Virus record (IMG/VR): IMGVR_UViG_3300033475_000043
Location: 1-47,602 of that record
Length of the DNA: 47,602 nt
Strand: one strand, 5' to 3'
Source of the DNA: a virus
Lineage: Duplodnaviria; Caudoviricetes
Part shown: piece by piece, positions 1-6,380 of the stretch
How the letters are laid out: each line of letters opens with the position of its first letter
Position numbering within the stretch: the first letter of the stretch is position 1
The notes under the pieces: model-generated
Told to the model about the DNA's origin: nothing
What the model saw: the letters and a program-made list of their open reading frames with translations, nothing else
The model's database searches: none
Position numbers and translations under genes: made by a program

Positions 1-2
1 AC

Positions 3-887
3 GATTATTTGGATAGTGAAAAATTCAATGGTTATCGTACCGGTACTCAAAAATCTGTTAAGTTGACACTCGGCTATGCCGCGGCGGTTCTTGGAACCAT
101 TCCCAGCAAAGACATAGACCCGGCTTTCATTCAGGCGTTTCTTGACGGACTTAGTGATCGTCCCGGCATTCAGGAAAATGCCAGGAAGGGGCTTAAAATG
201 CTTGAGCGCTGGGCGCTTGTAAGGCGTCGACTCTCTCGCTCAATCACCTTTGGAACTGAAATCCCTGGCGCTCAAGGTGCGCGTGAACCTTGGACAGAAG
301 ACGAAATACAGATTGGCGTTCAATATTGCACCCCTGAATTAAGTCGGGCGATCCAGCTCGGAGCTTACACAGGTCAAAGAATGGGGGATATGGTGCGAAT
401 GCGTTGGGGGGACATTAGAACAATCCGCGGGCGGGTTGGCATCGACGTCCTGCAAGAAAAAACCAATCTTCCGATTTGGGTTCCTGTAATTGCCGAATTC
501 GAACCAATCTTTTCTGGTTGGAAACGGGATACTCTGACTATCCTTCATAAGCCATTAGGAAGCCCATGGGAAAGCGCAAAGCAATTAGGCGACGCCTACT
601 ATAGGGAGCGGCAGAAAAACCCTTCCTTAGAGCGCCTAAAGGCTCGAATGCTGTCTTTGCATGGACTTCGAGCTAGCGCCGTGATCAGACTTCGCCGAGA
701 CGGATTAAGTAATGCCTTAATTGGTCAGGTTGTCGGAATGTCGGAACGCATCGTTAATCTTTATTGCCGACGAGCGATTCAAAGTGACGATGCAATCCGA
801 GCAATGGAAATCCGTGAAGAACGTATGGAAAACGCTGGTAATCTAGTAAGACTACCTATTAAAAATAAACCGTCCGAAAATTTATAA
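3..887 (+). CDS. int: Tyrosine recombinase / phage integrase, 5'-truncated by the window edge
   Basis: Catalytic motifs GQRMGD (R), QEKT (K), LHGLR (HxxR) and VGMSERIVNLY (Y). The frame is open back to base 3, so the true start lies upstream of the window. Confidence 0.9.
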   Translation, partial: DYLDSEKFNGYRTGTQKSVKLTLGYAAAVLGTIPSKDIDPAFIQAFLDGLSDRPGIQENARKGLKMLERWALVRRRLSRSITFGTEIPGAQGAREPWTEDEIQIGVQYCTPELSRAIQLGAYTGQRMGDMVRMRWGDIRTIRGRVGIDVLQEKTNLPIWVPVIAEFEPIFSGWKRDTLTILHKPLGSPWESAKQLGDAYYRERQKNPSLERLKARMLSLHGLRASAVIRLRRDGLSNALIGQVVGMSERIVNLYCRRAIQSDDAIRAMEIREERMENAGNLVRLPIKNKPSENL

Positions 888-888
888 G

Positions 889-933
889 AATCAATGCAGC
901 GCGATTACGTCCTGGACTTATTAAGCATTGATT
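889..933. other. Inverted repeat immediately after int; candidate attP-associated region
   Basis: AATCAATGC (889-897) and GCATTGATT (925-933) are perfect reverse complements in an AT-rich intergenic gap. attP commonly lies next to int. Confidence 0.35.
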
Positions 934-993
934 TTAAAGAACAATTTCAGGGACAATCCGGGTCATTTTGACTCTGAGAGAGGAAACGAGCCT

Positions 994-1326
994 ATGAAAA
1001 ACTCAGAAATCCTGAATGCCGGCAAATGCTATTTGAACTATGCTGATCGAAATCGGCAGTTCATTATGGTAGTGCGGTCTCGGAAATGTCCTTGTCCCAA
1101 CTGTGGGACAAAGCAGTCGCTATATGAAGCCGCCAGGATCGCGGACATTGACTCAATTGACGTAGAGCTTGAACCTGGCGACGGTCCATATCGGTGCATT
1201 GGTTGCGACTGCCGTATTAAGCTCACGGCGCCAGATTTTGTGGGTGAGTGGATTTGGACGCTTGCGCCGTATATAGATCCGGCTCTCGTGGCTAAGGCTG
1301 CAATGGGACGTCGCCCATTAGGTTAG
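994..1326 (+). CDS. Zinc-ribbon hypothetical protein
   Basis: GAGAGG SD before ATG 994; CPNC and CIGC pairs. Confidence 0.6.
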   Translation: MKNSEILNAGKCYLNYADRNRQFIMVVRSRKCPCPNCGTKQSLYEAARIADIDSIDVELEPGDGPYRCIGCDCRIKLTAPDFVGEWIWTLAPYIDPALVAKAAMGRRPLG

Positions 1327-1640
1327 CTCAGGCGCTCTAACAGTTGGCCATAGGTCGCGTGGGAGCCGTTGCGGTCGCGGCTACCGCAGTTGGCGGCGCT
1401 ATTCAGCATATCCCATTCCGACAGATCGCGGCTCGTTGGGCTGTGAAGCATGACTTGGACCCAATTTCCGTACTGTCCGACGCCGCGCATGTACTCAGCC
1501 CATTCCTCGTGCCGCCCGGTAGCGTCTGCGAACCGAGCGCAGGCACAGTCACAACCATTGTCCCAATTGTAGGTTATTTTTGGATCCTGCTGTTGCAGCC
1601 AAGCAACCATCAGATCGTACAGCGGTGTTCTTGCAAGCAT
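1323..1640 (-). CDS. Hypothetical phage protein
   Basis: Start MLARTP at 1640 preceded by GGGAG SD; last gene of the leftward operon. Confidence 0.65.
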   Translation of the reverse strand: MLARTPLYDLMVAWLQQQDPKITYNWDNGCDCACARFADATGRHEEWAEYMRGVGQYGNWVQVMLHSPTSRDLSEWDMLNSAANCGSRDRNGSHATYGQLLERLS

Positions 1641-1656
1641 TGTGCTCTCCCTATTG

Positions 1657-1869
1657 CTAATCCCATTCCGCCACGAGCTTGATATGGCTCCGCGAGTTGA
1701 ACCACATGACGATGGCCTTGCCATCCGGCATATCGAGGCGAGCCCAGTAACAGTTATTGCTCATCTGCTCGACATGCAGTGAGCCGACGCCAACGACTTC
1801 GTCTGTGTCCTCGCAGCGTCCATGCTCGTCAACCTTTGCGCCGTCATTTGGCCTGATCTCGGCGTTCAC
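1657..1869 (-). CDS. Hypothetical protein
   Basis: GTG start preceded by AAGGAG; tightly packed operon. Confidence 0.65.
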   Translation of the reverse strand: MNAEIRPNDGAKVDEHGRCEDTDEVVGVGSLHVEQMSNNCYWARLDMPDGKAIVMWFNSRSHIKLVAEWD

Positions 1870-1882
1870 CGGGTGGGCTCCT

Positions 1883-2068
1883 TTAGCGTTTAGGTTTCAT
1901 TGGCCGCTTTGGTTGGCCCCTCGTAACTTTAATCTCGCGAAGTTCCCGCTGCGTCTTGTCCTGTTCAATTTCCACCATCATGTGACCCGCGAGTGCCAAC
2001 TTGCGCACCTTGCGTTCTAGCTCTGCTACTCGGATGAACAGGTAATCAATGTCCTGACCGACAGTCAC
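1883..2068 (-). CDS. Small coiled-coil hypothetical protein
   Basis: GTGA start/stop overlap with the upstream gene; heptad pattern RVAELERKVRKL. Confidence 0.6.
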   Translation of the reverse strand: MTVGQDIDYLFIRVAELERKVRKLALAGHMMVEIEQDKTQRELREIKVTRGQPKRPMKPKR

Positions 2069-2265
2069 GAAGCGTTTCCTTCAATGCGAAGATGATTCCA
2101 CTTGACGGTCTCAAAAGACCCATCATCGAAAGAAACAAATGCATCTCCGTCATGCAGAAACTCATCTGCAACGCCGTGACGACCGTCAATGGTGTACACG
2201 ATGCGATCTCCGCATTTCATTCCGTTTGCGCCAGATTGATTCCCTGGAATTGCATATGGATGCAT
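2065..2265 (-). CDS. Hypothetical protein (small beta-barrel-like)
   Basis: AGGAG SD before ATG 2265; GDRIVY...G...AFVSFDDG pattern. Confidence 0.6.
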   Translation of the reverse strand: MHPYAIPGNQSGANGMKCGDRIVYTIDGRHGVADEFLHDGDAFVSFDDGSFETVKWNHLRIEGNAS

Positions 2266-2274
2266 GGTGCGCTC

Positions 2275-2544
2275 CTATCGTTTGGGCTTCGGATCGCGGC
2301 GCTTCTTGGCCCGCAGGTCCAGCCCGTCAATAATCTCGTTCTTGTCGGCAAGTATGTCTGCCGCAGTGCGTTGGCTACGATCGCGCGCCAGTTTTTTTCG
2401 GTAGTCGCGCAACGCTGGGTTCGCGATGTCCGAGGCCGTCATGTATAGCTTCCCCGGCTCTTTGCGGGTTACCTCTTTCACCCATTGGTACAGGTCCGCA
2501 TCAATCCAGACCGTCCATGGGACCATTTTTGCTCGGCGGTCCAT
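2275..2544 (-). CDS. Ribbon-helix-helix (Arc/CopG-like) transcriptional regulator, probably leaderless
   Basis: WTVWIDADLYQWVKEV...TASDIANPALRDY fits the RHH beta-alpha-alpha pattern. ATG 2544 lies 6 nt after the -10 box. Confidence 0.55.
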   Translation of the reverse strand: MDRRAKMVPWTVWIDADLYQWVKEVTRKEPGKLYMTASDIANPALRDYRKKLARDRSQRTAADILADKNEIIDGLDLRAKKRRDPKPKR

Positions 2545-2550
2545 GATGCG

Positions 2551-2579
2551 ACAATACAGGCCTAAAATTATTTTGTCAA
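2551..2579 (-). promoter_or_regulatory. Leftward sigma70-type promoter
   Basis: TTGACA (2579-2574), 17 nt spacer, TATTGT (2556-2551) on the minus strand. Confidence 0.75.
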
Positions 2580-2595
2580 CCCTTGTATACGCCTG

Positions 2596-2624
2596 TTGAC
2601 AATATCGGTGGTTTGGGCTAGATT
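2596..2624 (+). promoter_or_regulatory. Rightward sigma70-type promoter driving the small-ORF array
   Basis: TTGACA (2596-2601), 17 nt spacer, TAGATT (2619-2624). The two -35 boxes form the inverted repeat TTGTCAAC-N14-GTTGACAA. Confidence 0.75.
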
Positions 2625-2650
2625 TCAATCATCGAACAAGGGAGACGGAC

Positions 2651-2857
2651 ATGAACACGCAGCCCACCAACGGATACACCTACGAGTTCAACGGCTACAA
2701 GCTGACGCTGGAACAAGTTGGCAAGGTGTGGCGCGCACAGGTGAATAACCTGACGATCTGCTCTTGCAGCACCCGCAAGGCCACGAAAGAGAATGCCGAG
2801 TTCCTTCTGCGCAGCCCATTCGCCGCTCGGATTACAATGCAAGTGCTAGCCGCCTAG
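2651..2857 (+). CDS. Hypothetical protein, first gene of the rightward operon
   Basis: AAGGGAG SD upstream; 68 aa ORF. Confidence 0.75.
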   Translation: MNTQPTNGYTYEFNGYKLTLEQVGKVWRAQVNNLTICSCSTRKATKENAEFLLRSPFAARITMQVLAA

Positions 2858-2959
2858 CGGCGGCTTGCATTGGCGAGCCGCTAGGTAAGGGCTCTTTGCC
2901 TATACGGAAAGAGTAAGCCTTGGGTAACCTGGCTTCATGGCGGCTCACCTATGTAGGTT
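2835..2959 (+). ncRNA. Putative structured cis-RNA / array leader
   Basis: Long stem 2862-2883 pairs with 2938-2959 (several G-U pairs) and encloses hairpins 2892-2913 and 2915-2935. A competing perfect stem forms between 2835-2843 and 2864-2872. Confidence 0.5.
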
Positions 2960-2977
2960 AAAACGCTAAAGGCCCGC

Positions 2978-3094
2978 ATGACGCTTGATCCCAAATTGGT
3001 ATTTGTTACGTTGTGGATCACATGGATGCCCGCCGTGGTTATCGTGTTGGCGGTTAGCTTTATCGTGTTCTTGTGTCAGACCCTAAAGCAATAG
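2978..3094 (+). CDS. Array ORF: 38 aa single-TM membrane peptide
   Basis: MTLDPKLVFVTLWITWMPAVVIVLAVSFIVFLCQTLKQ; starts after one motif and stops in the TAG of the next. Confidence 0.7.
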   Translation: MTLDPKLVFVTLWITWMPAVVIVLAVSFIVFLCQTLKQ

Positions 3095-3213
3095 GCCCGT
3101 TCACCGAGCCAGTGCCGGGGAGTGGTGCGGACTGGAACCAGAGGGCCCGACGACCCGGCCGACCTGAGCAAGTCGCATAAAAGGCTCAAAGGATAGAAAG
3201 GTAAAAGGCCCCG

Positions 3214-3309
3214 ATGACTCGTCACCAGCGAGGAAGTCAGGCAGGAGGCAAGGAACATGCTGCGTGCCATGGAGTGCAACAAGAGTTCTTTAGTCCACAG
3301 GATGACTAA
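3214..3309 (+). CDS. Array ORF: 31 aa peptide (possibly degenerate)
   Basis: MTRHQRGSQAGGKEHAACHGVQQEFFSPQDD follows TAAAAGGCCCCG. Confidence 0.35.
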   Translation: MTRHQRGSQAGGKEHAACHGVQQEFFSPQDD

Positions 3310-3321
3310 ATGAAGCCCACA

Positions 3322-3471
3322 ATGGACCTCGAAAAGAGAGCGCGGAAATTAACGACAGAACTCCTGGAGGCTGAGATCAGCAATGTGGACCCGGACGATA
3401 CAGCCACCATATGTGCCCGGTGGCACTTCCTGATAATGGAAGCCTTCAAAGAAATTGCTCACACGCGATAG
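3322..3471 (+). CDS. Array ORF: 49 aa helical protein
   Basis: MDLEKRARKLTTELLEAEISNVDPDDTATICARWHFLIMEAFKEIAHTR; bounded by the variants TGAAGCCC and TAGGCCA; alternative in-frame ATG at 3310. Confidence 0.65.
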   Translation: MDLEKRARKLTTELLEAEISNVDPDDTATICARWHFLIMEAFKEIAHTR

Positions 3472-3477
3472 GCCAGT

Positions 3478-3651
3478 ATGACCGAGCGCGAGGACAAGAT
3501 CAGGGAGGCAAGGCTGCGTCAGCCCCTCTCCGAGCTTGAGCGCAAGTCTGATAAGGCGGCTCGTCCGGGTTGGTGGACGCAAGAGGACTTGGACTTAGCG
3601 AAACGGAAAGCGCGAGAGCTGTACAAATATTTCAAATGGAAAATGGAATAG
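3478..3651 (+). CDS. Array ORF: 57 aa charged protein
   Basis: MTEREDKIREARLRQPLSELERKSDKAARPGWWTQEDLDLAKRKARELYKYFKWKME; stop lies within the motif. Confidence 0.7.
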   Translation: MTEREDKIREARLRQPLSELERKSDKAARPGWWTQEDLDLAKRKARELYKYFKWKME

Positions 3652-3661
3652 GCCCGTATCC

Positions 3662-3898
3662 ATGACCAAGGTGGGAGCAGACAGCGATAATGGGTTCTAC
3701 TTCATGACTGCATACGAAGGTCGCTGGAAAAATTTGGGATGGCATGAGCTTTCCGATGAGGAAATTGCAGACTACCTCCGAGTTTCAGAGGAGTTCAACG
3801 CGTGGCAAACCAAACTGGCTAAAATATCAGATGAATATATTCCGCCGACCGAACTTACGTTGGTTGATGCCGGATATGGTCCATTCACAAAGCGCTAA
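3662..3898 (+). CDS. Array ORF: 78 aa acidic protein
   Basis: In the ORF track; bounded by motifs at both ends. Confidence 0.75.
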   Translation: MTKVGADSDNGFYFMTAYEGRWKNLGWHELSDEEIADYLRVSEEFNAWQTKLAKISDEYIPPTELTLVDAGYGPFTKR

Positions 3899-3908
3899 AA
3901 GGCCCATC

Positions 3909-4100
3909 ATGAAGGTTCTAAAATACTGGAAGACAGTTCCACTTGGCTTGGCCGGGTTCACATACGAGCTAGTCCCTATGCGGGAAGTTCGGGAAGACGA
4001 GTCGGCGTTCAAGTATATCGTGGATGTCGTTAAGGCTTCCGACTGTGACTACACCATCACCGAGCATTCCCAGGAAGTGCTCGAAAGCAGAATGCAATAG
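3909..4100 (+). CDS. Array ORF: 63 aa protein
   Basis: MKVLKYWKT...ESRMQ; the motif-adjacent ATG 3909 is preferred over the track start at 3744. Confidence 0.7.
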   Translation: MKVLKYWKTVPLGLAGFTYELVPMREVREDESAFKYIVDVVKASDCDYTITEHSQEVLESRMQ

Positions 4101-4109
4101 GCCCGTATC

Positions 4110-4301
4110 ATGCCGTGTATGTCGCCTTGGGAACCGGAGCCGTGTCCCTTGTTGCAAGTCGAGATCGGGAATAGAGAGGCAGCCTTTGACAGCGCGGCAA
4201 AACTACGCGCTGAGGTCGAGCGGCAGTCAGCCGCTCTACAAAAAATAGCCGACGCCGCGACAACTCCAATCGCAATAGCTCGCGAAGCACTCAAACGCTA
4301 A
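4110..4301 (+). CDS. Array ORF: 63 aa coiled-coil protein
   Basis: Contains AKLRAEVER; bounded by motifs. Confidence 0.7.
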   Translation: MPCMSPWEPEPCPLLQVEIGNREAAFDSAAKLRAEVERQSAALQKIADAATTPIAIAREALKR

Positions 4302-4309
4302 AGGTCCCA

Positions 4310-4378
4310 ATGAGTTATGAGAACATCCAGCAGGAAGCCGCGCGAGCCATCCACGGCAAGCGTCGGCCAAAGTTATAG
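4310..4378 (+). CDS. Array ORF: 22 aa peptide
   Basis: MSYENIQQEAARAIHGKRRPKL fills the interval between two motifs exactly. Confidence 0.55.
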   Translation: MSYENIQQEAARAIHGKRRPKL

Positions 4379-4385
4379 GCCCGTT

Positions 4386-4508
4386 ATGATCACGCTACTG
4401 GTCAGGAATGAAGGCGTCTATGTGTTGAAGGATGGCAAGCCAATCCATGGGCCAGTGTCAGCTTATGAAGCTGGACGCTTACTCGTGCAAGAGAAACGAA
4501 AGCAATAG
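4386..4508 (+). CDS. Array ORF: 40 aa protein, apparent paralog of 6381-6569
   Basis: MITLLVRNEGVYVLKDGKPIHGPVSAYEAGRLLVQEKRKQ. Confidence 0.7.
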   Translation: MITLLVRNEGVYVLKDGKPIHGPVSAYEAGRLLVQEKRKQ

Positions 4509-4514
4509 GCCCCG

Positions 4515-4670
4515 ATGACCGCCGCCTTTGATAAGTACATCGAGAAATGCCAAGAGTGCGCCAAACTACGCGCCGAGGTCGAACGGCTGACTCGTGAACG
4601 CGACGAGTGGAAGTCCAAATGGATGGCACTGGCACAGGCGAGCCTGATCGCCGGTACAATGAAGTTATAG
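4515..4670 (+). CDS. Array ORF: 51 aa coiled-coil protein with CxxC
   Basis: MTAAFDKYIEKCQECAKLRAEVERLTRERDEWKSKWMALAQASLIAGTMKL. Confidence 0.7.
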   Translation: MTAAFDKYIEKCQECAKLRAEVERLTRERDEWKSKWMALAQASLIAGTMKL

Positions 4671-4677
4671 GCCCGTC

Positions 4678-4848
4678 ATGCTGTTCAAGATCGTACCAAT
4701 CTTCATCGGCTTCGTGTTCTGCGTGATCGTCGCCTTCTGGGTCGGGCTTGGTTACGTCGCCTATAATGGCTACCAAGCTGGGCCGGATGGCCTCGGTCGG
4801 GCAGTCGGGAAATTCATCGGCGGAATCGAATCTGGTCGTAAGGAATAG
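4678..4848 (+). CDS. Array ORF: 56 aa membrane protein
   Basis: MLFKIVPIFIGFVFCVIVAFWVGLGYVAYNGYQAGPDGLGRAVGKFIGGIESGRKE. Confidence 0.72.
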   Translation: MLFKIVPIFIGFVFCVIVAFWVGLGYVAYNGYQAGPDGLGRAVGKFIGGIESGRKE

Positions 4849-4855
4849 GCCCGTC

Positions 4856-5011
4856 ATGATCCGTAGCCCGCTATATCGACGCAAGGGTGCCGAAGCGTGG
4901 GCGCACGGCCTACCGATCTCTGCCAATCCGTATCGGCAGAGTTATGCTCGCGATGCTTGGCGTGCTGGCTGGATGCGAGCCAGAGACCAAGCCCATCAAA
5001 TCTGGAACTGA
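4856..5011 (+). CDS. Array ORF: Rmf/CrpP-like small protein
   Basis: G..A...G....NPY......AW..GW..A pattern resembling the ribosome modulation factor family. Confidence 0.6.
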   Translation: MIRSPLYRRKGAEAWAHGLPISANPYRQSYARDAWRAGWMRARDQAHQIWN

Positions 5012-5030
5012 AACGCTAAAGGCCCGTATC

Positions 5031-5222
5031 ATGACGCAAGAACAGTTAAAGAGTATCGCCACCTGTTGTCGTAATAGCGCCGCCATGCTTCGAATTGCGG
5101 ATGCGGAGGATTACGACAAAGAAAAGCGCGAGCGCATCCGTGAACTCAACCGAAAGCAAGCCGAGCTTTTGATGACAAGTGCCAGGATGCTAGAAGACGC
5201 GTGCGAACCCGTAGAGTTATAG
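5031..5222 (+). CDS. Array ORF: 63 aa helical protein
   Basis: MTQEQLKSIATCC...EPVEL; bounded by motifs. Confidence 0.7.
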   Translation: MTQEQLKSIATCCRNSAAMLRIADAEDYDKEKRERIRELNRKQAELLMTSARMLEDACEPVEL

Positions 5223-5228
5223 GCCCCA

Positions 5229-5414
5229 ATGATTCAGAAGCCGCCTCCCCCTACTTGCGCAGCCGGATTGCCGCTACCGCGCTCCTGGGCCGATCCGTGC
5301 GAATACTGTGGGGCGACATCCGATGACATCTGTCGGTTGGCAGATGACATGAGTCCGAATGAGATCAGGAAAAACATGGCCGCCGTGAAGCGCGGCGAGC
5401 GACCTGAGATTTAG
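5229..5414 (+). CDS. Array ORF: 61 aa putative zinc-finger protein
   Basis: C...CEYCGATSDDIC motif. Confidence 0.65.
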   Translation: MIQKPPPPTCAAGLPLPRSWADPCEYCGATSDDICRLADDMSPNEIRKNMAAVKRGERPEI

Positions 5415-5448
5415 TTATAGGCCCCGATGACCTGAAAGGTGAACAGGC

Positions 5449-5598
5449 ATGACCGCCGAACAGGCAATGCTAGTCGCGCGTCGGCTAGTTGAAGATCACA
5501 TCGAGATTTACGGGATGGTTCCGCATCCTGACAAGCTCAAAGAGGCAATCGCTCGTGAGCTTTCCAAGGTAGCATCTATTAACCCGTATCGCGTCTAA
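5449..5598 (+). CDS. Array ORF: 49 aa protein with its own SD
   Basis: MTAEQAMLVARRLVEDHIEIYGMVPHPDKLKEAIARELSKVASINPYRV; AAGGTG SD; preceded by the mini-ORF ATG ACC TGA at 5427. Confidence 0.65.
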   Translation: MTAEQAMLVARRLVEDHIEIYGMVPHPDKLKEAIARELSKVASINPYRV

Positions 5599-5631
5599 AG
5601 CGCAATACATGAAACGCTAAAGGCCCCGATC

Positions 5632-6369
5632 ATGCAATTCGCAATCAAAAACCTCCGGACCGGCAAAGTCCAATTCACCGCCGAGATTGAGTGCGACGAA
5701 GATACACCGCTTTCGATCAAAATCGGCTTGGCCGTCAAATGGGCGATCAAGGCGCGTGCCAACCTCGCGGGCGCCAACCTCGCGGGCGCCGACCTCGCGC
5801 GCGCCAACCTCGCGGACGCCTACCTCACGGGCGCCAACCTCACGCGCGCCAACCTCACGGACGCCTACCTCGCGGGCGCCGACCTCGCGGGCGCCTACCT
5901 CGCGGGCGCCGACCTCGCGGACGCCTACCTCACGGGCGCCAACCTCACGCGCGCCAACCTCACGCGCGCCAACCTCACGGACGCCTACCTCACGGGCGCC
6001 AACCTCACGCGCGCCAACCTCACGCGCGCCAACCTCGCGGGCGCCAACCAAGAACTTCTTGACGTTCCAGTCGTTCCTAAAATTGATCAGCTAATTCTTT
6101 CCGCCATCGACGCTGGCGGGACGTTGAATATGGGATCCTGGCACGGCCCAGAAGGCTGGTGCGGTACGACGCATTGTCGTGCTGGCTGGGCTGTGCACTT
6201 GGCAGGCGAAAAAGGCAAAGCGCTTGAAGACAGAATCGGGACCCAACGCGCTGGTGCAATGATCTACCGAGCCTCGCGTCCAGGCAAGCCAGCGCCATGG
6301 TTCTTTGGGCCAAATGACGAGGCGATGGAAGACATTCGTAAATGCGCGGCGGAGCAGAGTGTGGAATAG
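5632..6369 (+). CDS. Array ORF: pentapeptide-repeat protein
   Basis: 19 A(N/D/Y)Lxx repeats followed by a C-terminal domain with WH...[10 protein letters not shown]. Confidence 0.9.
   Translation: MQFAIKNLRTGKVQFTAEIECDEDTPLSIKIGLAVKWAIKARANLAGANLAGADLARANLADAYLTGANLTRANLTDAYLAGADLAGAYLAGADLADAYLTGANLTRANLTRANLTDAYLTGANLTRANLTRANLAGANQELLDVPVVPKIDQLILSAIDAGGTLNMGSWHGPEGWCGTTHCRAGWAVHLAGEKGKALEDRIGTQRAGAMIYRASRPGKPAPWFFGPNDEAMEDIRKCAAEQSVE
5758..6048 (+). repeat. 15-bp tandem repeat (GCC(A/G/T)ACCTC(G/A)CGNNC) x19
   Basis: Directly visible; encodes the pentapeptide repeats. Confidence 0.95.
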
Positions 6370-6380
6370 GCCCGCGTTAT

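Noticed and set aside
5595-6094. Repetitive ORFs in other frames (VGARE, APTSR, GRQPR)
   Set aside because: Shadows of the 15-bp pentapeptide repeat.
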